The notes: a model not told the origin generated them from the letters alone. A stretch of DNA of 26,890 nucleotides from Pseudobdellovibrionaceae bacterium (GCA_039810425.1 JBDHWW010000039.1:1-26890), one strand, 5' to 3'; counted from the first letter of the stretch, positions 18,501 to 26,888 are shown. Program-made: numbers and translations.

Positions 18501-19514
18501 TTATTTGCATTGATTGACTTGAACAAAGCGGGCCGAAAGAGGATTTCCCATAAACGAGGTGAAGTCTCCCCCCACATATAATTCGTTGCCACTGGCGGCC
18601 AGGGTATAGACAAAATTATCCGCCCCGGGATTCCACGCCGTCGCATTGTTCGTTGTCGTATCCAGGGCCGCGATATTATTTCGGCTCTGACCGCCGGCGG
18701 TGGTAAACCATCCTCCTGCATAAAGGGTCGTCCCACTAAGCGCCAGGGCCGCAACGTAACCATCCGCCCCGGGATTCCACGCCGTCGCATTGTTCGTATT
18801 TACGCTCGTATCCAGGGCCGCGATTCCATTTCGGCTCCGACCGCCGATGGTGGCAAAATATCCCCCTACATAAAGAGTCGTCCCACTAAGTACCAGGGTA
18901 ACCACTTCACCATCCGTCCCAGGATCCCAGGGGTGGACGGTCCCGTTTGAATTGATACGGGCCAAGTTGTTCCGAACAAGGCCCCCCACATGGGTAAAGT
19001 AACCGGCAATGTACCATCCCCCGGCGCCGTCAGGAATACTCACTCTAACGGAGCCATCTACAGAGGGAAAACTTGCAATAGGCTGATCATCGGCGGTGTG
19101 AAATGGAGCACCATTCGTCACAACAAAATTATCCAACGCCGAAAAACTCCCCGCGATATACAACTTAGTTCCCGAAATCACCATGCTATTTACACCCCCA
19201 TTCACTTTGGGATCAAAGGGTAAAAGTGCGCCGGTCACGGCATCCAAGGCCGCCAGTCCCTTGCGGGGAAAACCATCGACCGTGGTGAACCATCCCCCCA
19301 CATAAGTGACCACCCCATCGGTGGCAACGGATGTGACGGAACCGTTGAATATATGATTTTGGCTGGTTAAATAAAGGCAGTTTTTTTTCCAGAAACCAAA
19401 GGGAATCATCGCGGCATAACCGACGCCGGTGAGAGCAATCACAGCAACCAGGACGAGTCGACTTATTTTGGGAAAAAACCAGTTAAGTTTCTGTCTCATA
19501 ATCGGAAAAGCCAC
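18501..19514 (-). CDS. Secreted beta-propeller repeat protein (putative adhesin)
   Basis: GTG start with GGGAG RBS, signal peptide, then MIPFGFWKK and six Y(V/I/A)(G/A)GxF repeats, most with RNxxAAxD…WNP-like segments. Confidence 0.8.
   Translation of the reverse strand: MAFPIMRQKLNWFFPKISRLVLVAVIALTGVGYAAMIPFGFWKKNCLYLTSQNHIFNGSVTSVATDGVVTYVGGWFTTVDGFPRKGLAALDAVTGALLPFDPKVNGGVNSMVISGTKLYIAGSFSALDNFVVTNGAPFHTADDQPIASFPSVDGSVRVSIPDGAGGWYIAGYFTHVGGLVRNNLARINSNGTVHPWDPGTDGEVVTLVLSGTTLYVGGYFATIGGRSRNGIAALDTSVNTNNATAWNPGADGYVAALALSGTTLYAGGWFTTAGGQSRNNIAALDTTTNNATAWNPGADNFVYTLAASGNELYVGGDFTSFMGNPLSARFVQVNQCK
18618..18898. repeat. Intragenic tandem duplication (two copies, period 144-150 nt)
   Basis: 18618-18748 and 18762-18898 share long identical blocks (atccgccccgggattccacgccgtcgcattgttcgt; tcgtatccagggccgcgat; gtcgtcccactaag) with a 6-nt in-frame indel. 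Confidence 0.9.
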
Positions 19515-19644
19515 GGTGACTCCCTATACATCTTTTGGTAGAAATCGCTCCCGTCAAAAGAAGATCGCTCCAAAAAAATATCGATCATTTTTCACTAGCC
19601 TAAGGGCCAAATAAGACAAAAACGCTCTCCTGGGAAGTTACCTC

Positions 19645-19672
19645 TTTAGATTTTCCCTTTCCCCGCCGAATC
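19645..19672 (+). promoter_or_regulatory. Sigma28 (FliA)-like promoter, likely leaderless transcript
   Basis: TTTAGATT-N12-GCCGAATC, 6 nt before ATG 19679. No SD sequence. Confidence 0.45.
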
Positions 19673-19678
19673 GTAGAC

Positions 19679-20128
19679 ATGACAAAAAAGACAGCATTAC
19701 TTTTGCTTTCCGGCGGAAAAGACTCTTTGGCGGCGATACAAGTTCTACAGAACCAGGGCTACGACGTCCACGGCCTTTGTATAGACGGCATCCAAGGCAA
19801 AGAAAAGGTCGGAGCCGAAAAAGCGGCGGCCGCGTTTCAAGTTCCCTTGAAAATAGTCCATATCGGATTCTTTGATGAAGAAACCTGGAACCCTTGGAAG
19901 CTGATTCTCCGCGATTTAGCTATGGGTTTTGTCGCTATCGTTGAGGCTAAACGTGTTGGCGCTGAAGCCCTCGCGACGGGTGTTAAACTTAAAGATATAG
20001 AAAATCCCGAATTATCCTGGCTCAAATATTTTTTGAAGTTTGGCACCTTTGTACTTAAACTGGGAGGACTCAAACTCATTTTTCCGGTTTGGGATAATTC
20101 AATAGAACAAAAGGAGACGAGACCATGA
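19679..20128 (+). CDS. Minimal QueC-like PP-loop (adenine nucleotide alpha-hydrolase) protein
   Basis: LLLSGGKDS and 'RDLAMGFVAIVEAKRVGAEALATGV…D', resembling the QueC core. Only 149 aa with no C-terminal Zn-Cys cluster. ATGA overlap with the next gene. Confidence 0.75.
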   Translation: MTKKTALLLLSGGKDSLAAIQVLQNQGYDVHGLCIDGIQGKEKVGAEKAAAAFQVPLKIVHIGFFDEETWNPWKLILRDLAMGFVAIVEAKRVGAEALATGVKLKDIENPELSWLKYFLKFGTFVLKLGGLKLIFPVWDNSIEQKETRP

Positions 20129-21297
20129 AATGGGTCCGCCGTGCCTTAAAAAAATCCCTCCAAGCACTTCCTTTCAAATGGCGCCAAGAACTTATCCGCA
20201 AATTCGCCAAGGTCCCCCTCACTCTTCCTAAAAACTTTGAGCTGAAAGTGGTGGACAGCATGGCCGAATTAGAAGCGACATTTCGGCTCGTTTACACATC
20301 CTACGTGAAAATCGGCTATTGCGAGCCGAATCCCCATCAAATGCGCGCCACCCGGTATCACGCGCTCCCTAGCACTTCGACGTTGATCGCAAAAGATGCC
20401 GGGAGTGTCGTGGCAACCTTAACCCTGGTCAGAGACAATCGTCTCGGCCTCCCTCTGGAGTCCGTATTCAATGTCAGAGGTCTTCGCCAAAAAGGCCGCA
20501 GGGTGGCCGAAGTCACCTCCCTCGTCATCGACCGGCAGTACCGCCGAAGAGCCGGCGGCGCCCTCTTGTTTCCGATGATGAAACTCATGTATGAATATTC
20601 AACGTCCTATTTCGGCGTCAGTTATTTAGTCATTGCTGTTCATCCACGGGATATTGATTTTTATAAAGCGCTCTTGCTTTTTGACGTGGTGCCAGGCTGT
20701 GAACAAGAAGACTATTATGGCGCTCCCGCGTCCGTTTTGTGCTTGGACTTGGAAAAGGCCCGTGTACGCTATCGCGAGGTCTTCGGCAAAAAAAGCGCCG
20801 TTTACAATTACGCTGAGTTTTTTATGGACCGGAAGTATCCACAAATCAAACTCCCGGACCGCCGGTTCAATCAGATCAATGACCCCATCGTTACGCTAGA
20901 GGACTACCAAGAGGTCTTTGTAAAAAAACTCGGAATTGAAGTCCCCGACAACGTCGTTCATCTTCAACACGAAAGCGCGTCAATGCGCGCGCATCTGAGA
21001 TTTGAGTCTCACAACGAGCTCCATTCTGCTGATGAGCTCACCTCCACAGCCTTCAAAGGGATCGTTAAGGATGTCTCACGCTGCGGGATTCGAGTTCATT
21101 TTGACGAAGACCCGCAACTGCCGGTGGAGTTCACGATCAAGATCATGGTGGCGGACAATCGGCCCTGCTTGCTAAAGGTTCGCCCCATTTGGAAAAATTC
21201 GCAGAATGGCGTCGGTTTGGAAATAGTCCAAAATAATCAAATATGGAATGAATACATCAATTACCTCGAAGGCCTTTACAGTCAGAAGCCCGCTTAG
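20125..21297 (+). CDS. FeeM-like N-acyl amino acid synthase (GNAT/LuxI fold) fused to C-terminal PilZ domain
   Basis: 'ATFRLVYTSYVKIGY', 'ATLTLVRDNRLGLPLE', 'AEVTSLVID', 'LVIAVHPRDIDFYKALLLF', 'GAPA'. PilZ motifs RAHLR (RxxxR) and DVSRCG (DxSxxG), plus 'W…GVGLE'. Confidence 0.82.
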   Translation: MKWVRRALKKSLQALPFKWRQELIRKFAKVPLTLPKNFELKVVDSMAELEATFRLVYTSYVKIGYCEPNPHQMRATRYHALPSTSTLIAKDAGSVVATLTLVRDNRLGLPLESVFNVRGLRQKGRRVAEVTSLVIDRQYRRRAGGALLFPMMKLMYEYSTSYFGVSYLVIAVHPRDIDFYKALLLFDVVPGCEQEDYYGAPASVLCLDLEKARVRYREVFGKKSAVYNYAEFFMDRKYPQIKLPDRRFNQINDPIVTLEDYQEVFVKKLGIEVPDNVVHLQHESASMRAHLRFESHNELHSADELTSTAFKGIVKDVSRCGIRVHFDEDPQLPVEFTIKIMVADNRPCLLKVRPIWKNSQNGVGLEIVQNNQIWNEYINYLEGLYSQKPA

Positions 21298-22457
21298 AGG
21301 GAGACATTGACGTTGTAGCGGAAAAACACCCGGGCCTTATTTTCAAAGCTCTGTGCTAAATAGCTGGCCGCGGGAGTCGTGTAAGACTCCACGCCGATCG
21401 CCAGTTCCGTCAAACGTTTATTGGGCCACACGATTTGCCCCTTAAATGCTTGGCCGCCGTCATAGTGGTAATTCAGCCACTGCAGCTCCAGATACTTGCT
21501 TTCTTTTAAATCCGTGCGGGCGGCGACAAGCAACCACTCGGCCCCGCCATATTTCAAGATTTCTTTCATGTTAGAGAGGCCCAACGAGGAGTATTGAACG
21601 CTGAAAATAGTCCCCAAGAGCGTCGGGGTTTCCAGACTGGCAACGGCCTGCACGGTCGAGGCTTCGACACTTTCTAACATTTCATTGGTGTAAGTCCGGT
21701 TAAAAAATCGGCTCACGTCGGAGCGAAAAACCATCCCCAGCCATGTGACCGCGGAAACCCCCAAGTTGGCAACTTTGTAACCTGCAAAAGCTCTCTCTAT
21801 TTGCAGCGTCGCCGGGTTCAAGCGGAAATGCCCCTCGCGATCTGAAACTTGCGCCGCCGAAAGACTGATATCCACATCGTCGAAATTTTTAAAAAAGGCG
21901 ATTCCCGCCTCAGCCCCCGGGCTGGCATTCACCTCTGTTGCCGGAACACCAAATTGAACACGGCTCTTGTATTGCCCCGTTCCCGTAAAAAGAGCCCAGG
22001 AGGAACCAGCGTAGAATTTTTCAAACAATATGCCAGGGTTGTAAATTCTTAGCGAATCATCCACAAAAATCGAGTAGCGATAATCATAGGCCGCAAACAT
22101 ATCCGCGCTGGCCACGCCCAAACTTTGCGACCACTCAGGGCTCATGTATCCCAAGGTCCACCGGGAATTCGAATTTTTTTGCAGGCAGGCCATACGATCC
22201 GGCAGAACATAGGCATCGGCCTCCCGCGCACCATTTGTGAGTTTTTGAATTTGCACGGTCTTAACGGCAAAAGCGCAGTTCCAACTTCCAGCGGTGGCTT
22301 TTTGGGTTAACCGGGCATTGAAATACGTTGGATCCCAACGCTGAAGTTTTGCGTCCGCGCTCGCCACATCGCCTAAAAACTGAAGTGAAAACTCATTCGC
22401 GAGCGCCCAAGAAACCGAGCCGGCAAACAAAATGAAAAAGCCAATCCAAAACTTCAC
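21294..22457 (-). CDS. Putative outer-membrane beta-barrel protein
   Basis: GTG start overlapping the permease TGA, signal peptide (SWA), amphipathic beta strands, terminal strand 'ARVFFRYNVNVSL'. Confidence 0.7.
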   Translation of the reverse strand: MKFWIGFFILFAGSVSWALANEFSLQFLGDVASADAKLQRWDPTYFNARLTQKATAGSWNCAFAVKTVQIQKLTNGAREADAYVLPDRMACLQKNSNSRWTLGYMSPEWSQSLGVASADMFAAYDYRYSIFVDDSLRIYNPGILFEKFYAGSSWALFTGTGQYKSRVQFGVPATEVNASPGAEAGIAFFKNFDDVDISLSAAQVSDREGHFRLNPATLQIERAFAGYKVANLGVSAVTWLGMVFRSDVSRFFNRTYTNEMLESVEASTVQAVASLETPTLLGTIFSVQYSSLGLSNMKEILKYGGAEWLLVAARTDLKESKYLELQWLNYHYDGGQAFKGQIVWPNKRLTELAIGVESYTTPAASYLAQSFENKARVFFRYNVNVSL

Positions 22458-23683
22458 AAATTTCGTCTCAACGCATCGACAACACTCAGTCTCAGGGCCC
22501 GCCAAATTGGAATAAAGGACACCGCGACGGTGGTTATCATAATGATTAAGATAGCCTCCGCAAAGACTTCAAAACTGAACAAAAAGCTCACCTTCATCGG
22601 CATCGACGCCCCCGGCACCTCGGTGTAAATCGCCGCGGAGTTCACGGAGCTTCCCACAACAAACCCCAGCAAGGCTCCCAATGTGACGCCAATCAGAGAC
22701 AACATCAGGGTCTCCCAAAAGAACAGGACGGTAACAAATCCCGACTCGGCCCCTAAAGCACGCATGGTGCCGATCTCACCGATTCGCTCTAAAATACTCA
22801 TCCCTACCGTATTTAATATTCCAAGAACCACGATCGACACTAAGATCAAGCGGATGATCGTGTTTTGCATTCCATAAAACTCTTTCACCTTGCGGAAGAG
22901 TTCTGAAAGTTCAATCCAATCGCGCACCCCGTAGCCCGGGGCGACCTCGTTTATCTTGTGCTGTAAGAGTGTCTTTTGTTCCTGCAAATCCGCCTTATCT
23001 TTCAGCCGGATCGTGATCAAATCAACAGACGGCGTCTGTAGCAAGTCTTGCAAACCCTGCAGGCTCACATAGGCAAAGTACTTGTCGATCTCTTCACTGC
23101 CAGAGGCAAAACTGCCTTTATAGACGAAGTCTTTGGCGTTAATAACGCCATCAACAGTATTGGCCACAACCGTGATGGTGTCGCCGGGTTTGACACCCAA
23201 TTTTTTCGCCAACAGATGCCCGACGATAATTTCTTGATTGTAGGTTTGCGGATCAAAGTAAGAGCCATCCAGAATTTCCAGAGTGTCCTTAACCCCGGCC
23301 TCCTGATCCACTTCGAATCCCAAAAAAGAAGCGTTTTCTGTTTTCGCGCCAATACTTAAGAGTCCAAAACTGTTCAAACGCCCACTGATCACCCGGATCT
23401 TGTCAGAAGCCGTCCCTGCCGCTTGCTTCATCTTGATAAAATCCGGCACCATTCGTTCCGCCATCGTATGATAAGTATTTTCCCAATATTTTTCCTTGGC
23501 GATTTGCAAGTGGCCGTAGTGCATTTCCGTCGAAATCTTTTCGATCGAAACAATGGTGTCGTCCGTATAAGCTTTAAAAAGCACGAGCCCGACTGTTGAG
23601 CTCATGATCATGAGCAGGCTTAAAAAGGTGCGTTCTTTGTTCCTTAATAGATTTCTTAGGGCGAGTTTTAGATAGATCATCAC
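22454..23683 (-). CDS. LolC/E (FtsX/MacB-type) ABC permease
   Basis: LALRNLLRNKERT, GHLQI, large periplasmic domain, ERIGEIGTMRALG, …VVDALR. Confidence 0.93.
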   Translation of the reverse strand: MMIYLKLALRNLLRNKERTFLSLLMIMSSTVGLVLFKAYTDDTIVSIEKISTEMHYGHLQIAKEKYWENTYHTMAERMVPDFIKMKQAAGTASDKIRVISGRLNSFGLLSIGAKTENASFLGFEVDQEAGVKDTLEILDGSYFDPQTYNQEIIVGHLLAKKLGVKPGDTITVVANTVDGVINAKDFVYKGSFASGSEEIDKYFAYVSLQGLQDLLQTPSVDLITIRLKDKADLQEQKTLLQHKINEVAPGYGVRDWIELSELFRKVKEFYGMQNTIIRLILVSIVVLGILNTVGMSILERIGEIGTMRALGAESGFVTVLFFWETLMLSLIGVTLGALLGFVVGSSVNSAAIYTEVPGASMPMKVSFLFSFEVFAEAILIIMITTVAVSFIPIWRALRLSVVDALRRNL

Positions 23684-24354
23684 TCAACCAACAGTCCATC
23701 ATGGATAGAAATCTTATGAGTCGCATTTTCAATAAACATCGGGTCATGACTGCTGCATACCACTGTGACCTTATGCTTTTCCTGGAGTTCAAGTAAAAGT
23801 CTGGCGATGATCTCCGAGGTCTGTTCATCCAGATTGGCGGTTGGCTCATCGGCGATAATGAGTTCTGGTTTTTTAACCAACGCCCGGGCAATGGCGACCC
23901 TTTGTCTTTGCCCGCCACTTAAACGATCCGGAAAGTGATTTTCAAAAGCCTCCAGCTCGACTTCTTTGAGAATGGATCTTACTTTTTCCAGACGTGCTTT
24001 GCCGTCCTCCTTATTGAGCATCAAAAGAGGGAACTCGATGTTTTCCCTCACCGTCATCGTTGATATAAGATTGAAACTTTGAAAGACATAACCAATTTTT
24101 TCCCGGCGCAGGCGTGTTTTTTCCGCCGCCGTCATTGTGTGAATGGGATTTCCTAACAGGTAGTACTCGCCCCCATCGACTTCATCAAGACAACCGATCA
24201 GTTGCATCAACGTCGATTTTCCACAACCGGACCGCCCATAAAGCCCGATGAAATTGCCGGGTGCAATCTTTAGGCTAATCCCCTTGAGGACCTGGTGGAA
24301 TCCGTCACCGATCTTATAAGATTTTTTTACATTCTCCATCCGTACAATACCCAT
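23680..24354 (-). CDS. LolD/MacB-type ABC ATP-binding protein
   Basis: Walker [44 protein letters not shown]. Confidence 0.95.
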   Translation of the reverse strand: MGIVRMENVKKSYKIGDGFHQVLKGISLKIAPGNFIGLYGRSGCGKSTLMQLIGCLDEVDGGEYYLLGNPIHTMTAAEKTRLRREKIGYVFQSFNLISTMTVRENIEFPLLMLNKEDGKARLEKVRSILKEVELEAFENHFPDRLSGGQRQRVAIARALVKKPELIIADEPTANLDEQTSEIIARLLLELQEKHKVTVVCSSHDPMFIENATHKISIHDGLLVE

Positions 24355-25049
24355 CAGAACTCCACCACCGCATCTTTGTTAAAATCATTGGCGGTAAAAT
24401 TTCTTGGTTTAAACTTCGAGTAAGCAATCGTTGACTCGCGCTGGCTTTGCGCATCGGTTATTTTAATCTTGGTACAAAGAGTCTCTCCGCCCACCTTCTT
24501 AAACTCAACAAATTCGGCAACCTTTAAGCTCTTGCCGGAGACAGCGAAAAATTCGGCTTTCTGGGGCTTAAAGGTTCCGGGCTGCAAAGTGTAGATGATT
24601 TTGGCATAGGTCGCAGCCTTTGAAGATTTTGTCAGTTCATAGCGAAGAGACTTTTTATCCGCTCCCAGTAATTTGGCACTATAGTCCTCATTAAAACGAG
24701 TGCGTAAGATATCCCCGTTTGCAACATCGCCGGCCAGCCGCTGATCCACACCAATTCGGATCGCCCGCTTAACACCCGGAGTGTAGAGCCAAAGATCTTC
24801 GTCTTTCATCAAAAGTTTGCGTTTCGCCGCCCGCTCTGGAAATGTTTGAATGGCCAGGCTGTCTTTATTAAATGAATAGACGGTGAAAACCGCCCGGTCA
24901 CCGGGGTCTGAGGTGGTAATAGTGACACTCATCTCATGGGGCTTGCTGTAAAGCCGGTATTTATCGCTTTCTACAATCGCCGACTCGGCATGAGCCGCAA
25001 TTGACAGAAAAGTTAAAACTCCCATAGTGGCTATTTTAAAAAAAACCAT
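24354..25049 (-). CDS. LolA-like 'outer membrane lipoprotein-sorting' periplasmic protein
   Basis: Signal peptide (AHA-E). 'KLLMKDEDLWLYTPGVKRAIRI…QRLAGDVANGDI…ATYAKI…AEFFAVSGKSLK'. TGATG coupling to the ATPase. Confidence 0.88.
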   Translation of the reverse strand: MVFFKIATMGVLTFLSIAAHAESAIVESDKYRLYSKPHEMSVTITTSDPGDRAVFTVYSFNKDSLAIQTFPERAAKRKLLMKDEDLWLYTPGVKRAIRIGVDQRLAGDVANGDILRTRFNEDYSAKLLGADKKSLRYELTKSSKAATYAKIIYTLQPGTFKPQKAEFFAVSGKSLKVAEFVEFKKVGGETLCTKIKITDAQSQRESTIAYSKFKPRNFTANDFNKDAVVEF

Positions 25050-25231
25050 GGCGGCCTTTCTTAGGTAAGGCGTCGTCAACTCGCACCTGCCGAAATATTT
25101 TTATATACGTAAATTATTATTTCCCACTTTAAGCTGTTGTGGAAGCTCCTTTTTGTGAAGGGGCACTGAGTGGAGTTACGCAGGTATTTTCCGGAAGGGC
25201 ACCTGGACCTTTCCATCTTTTTATAGTCGTA

Positions 25232-25260
25232 CCTTGGACCACGGAGAAAGCAGTCCAAGG
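25232..25260. other. Inverted repeat downstream of the PLD gene
   Basis: CCTTGGAC-N13-GTCCAAGG. Confidence 0.4.
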
Positions 25261-25300
25261 CATTGCCAGACAAAAGTCTTGGGCGGGCGGGTTCTGCGTT

Positions 25301-26755
25301 TTACAATAGGAAATCAAATACGTTTGAGAGTGGAGCTGAGAGGTAATACAAAATGCGTTTAGGAATTGAAACGTTGGCAAAAGCACTTGAACCATCGACT
25401 GGTTTGCCCTCGCTATTGAGCTGGACGCTTTGAGTTTGATGCTCTTTCATATTATTCAAAACCTCAGCCGCAAGTTCCGGGTTATCACGGCACATTACCG
25501 CCATCTCGGCGTTAATATTGCGAGAGCGCGGGTCGACGTTGAAAGTACCCACCATGATGGTTTTCTCGTCCAGCACTGCGGATTTTGCGTGAATGCCCCA
25601 ACGCGCTTGTTTAATTTCAGTAGTCAGGAAGTCCTGACCGTAGAGGCTATCGCCTTTATAAATAAACACCTTCATGCCATTTTGAATAAGTTCACCCACG
25701 CGCGGATAGAAAGTCGCGGTCGTGTAGATCGCATCCGTGGAGTTTAAGCTATTCGTATAGACGTTGATATCCAGCCCTTTGCTCAAGTACTCTTTTAAAT
25801 AGCTGATGCCTCCCTTGGTTGCCACAAAGTACGGAGACTCAACATAGACGCTTTTACGAACGCCGCGCAACTGAGCTTCGATTTCCTGGAAAAGCACGCG
25901 GCTCTTTGACCCGATCCCAGGAATATCCGCCGCAAAGATGGTGTCATTGCAAGTGTGCAAACGAACACCACCGTCGTTCAAAGTGGCCATGCCTTTTAAT
26001 GATTCCAACACCTGACGGTCTTTCCCGTTTTGCAAAAGATAATCATTGGCTTTTTTCATTCCGGCATCGTAGCGGTTTTTTGCCTCTTGAAAACGATCAT
26101 CCGCCTGAGAGCCATAAATACCGACTCCGTATTGAGAGGCTATAGGCTCTTTTTCGAAGTCCGGCTCTTTTGTCATCTCGGAGTTCCAGAATCGTTCAAA
26201 GCTTTCACGGATCGCGCGAGCCACAGTTCCGCGAACATAAATATCACGGTCGATAAAATTATAGTCCGTCGACAAATCGAAATACTCATCCGCGATATTG
26301 CGACCTCCCGTCATGCCCTCGTTATCGTCAATGACGAGGCCTTTGCGGTGTGAGCGGAACTGACCCTTAAAAAGTTCAAAAGAAATACTCGGGTTATAGT
26401 AACGAACTTGGACTCCGTTTTCCGCCAAAAGTGTCGCATAGAAAGTGTCAAGCTTTGCAATTGGCCAGCCATAGTCGATCAAAACACGGACCTTCACGCC
26501 TTCGCGGGCTTTCTTAACCAGAGCTTGCGTAAAGAGGCGTCCGGCTTCGTCAATATTGTAAATAAAGAATTCCACTTCGATCGTACGCTTTGCGCCCTCG
26601 ATCATTTCAAGACGCTTTTGCAGCGATAAAGCGCCCGTATTGATGATGGCCATCTGCTGTGGCTCTTTGGTTTTAAACACATAAGACTCACCCGCCAACG
26701 CCGCTGAAACCATAAGGCTTGAGACCAAGAGGGTACCCATCATCATTGAAAGCAT
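25301..26755 (-). CDS. Secreted phospholipase D-family protein (ClsC/YmdC-like)
   Basis: AAGGAG RBS, signal peptide (ALA-G), two HKD motifs: HRKGLVID…GGRN and HAKSAVLD…GTFN.DPRS. Confidence 0.9.
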   Translation of the reverse strand: MLSMMMGTLLVSSLMVSAALAGESYVFKTKEPQQMAIINTGALSLQKRLEMIEGAKRTIEVEFFIYNIDEAGRLFTQALVKKAREGVKVRVLIDYGWPIAKLDTFYATLLAENGVQVRYYNPSISFELFKGQFRSHRKGLVIDDNEGMTGGRNIADEYFDLSTDYNFIDRDIYVRGTVARAIRESFERFWNSEMTKEPDFEKEPIASQYGVGIYGSQADDRFQEAKNRYDAGMKKANDYLLQNGKDRQVLESLKGMATLNDGGVRLHTCNDTIFAADIPGIGSKSRVLFQEIEAQLRGVRKSVYVESPYFVATKGGISYLKEYLSKGLDINVYTNSLNSTDAIYTTATFYPRVGELIQNGMKVFIYKGDSLYGQDFLTTEIKQARWGIHAKSAVLDEKTIMVGTFNVDPRSRNINAEMAVMCRDNPELAAEVLNNMKEHQTQSVQLNSEGKPVDGSSAFANVSIPKRILYYLSAPLSNVFDFLL

Positions 26756-26874
26756 AGAAAGCTCCTTGAGTTTTCCTCTAAGAGAGCAAAAAAAATACCC
26801 AGCCACCACCACCCAGGCTTGTTTTTAGACCTATTGATCGTCTATTTTTTAGACAAAAGCCGAAGGACGCTCCT

Positions 26875-26888
26875 GGGGGGGGGGGGGG
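26875..26888. repeat. 14-nt poly-G run at window end
   Basis: G14 directly visible. Likely a contig-end artefact. Confidence 0.7.

Noticed and set aside
18618..18898. CRISPR array or DGR template/variable repeat
   Set aside because: Two in-frame coding repeats with no spacers. No reverse transcriptase or cas genes in the window.
19679..20128. True queC, or a Qat/CBASS defence gene
   Set aside because: Lacks the Zn-Cys C-terminus and any que, qat or CD-NTase neighbours.
25076..25273. 65-aa ORF as a RiPP precursor for the ABC exporter
   Set aside because: No RBS, no leader/core pattern, and no RiPP maturase nearby. Likely spurious.
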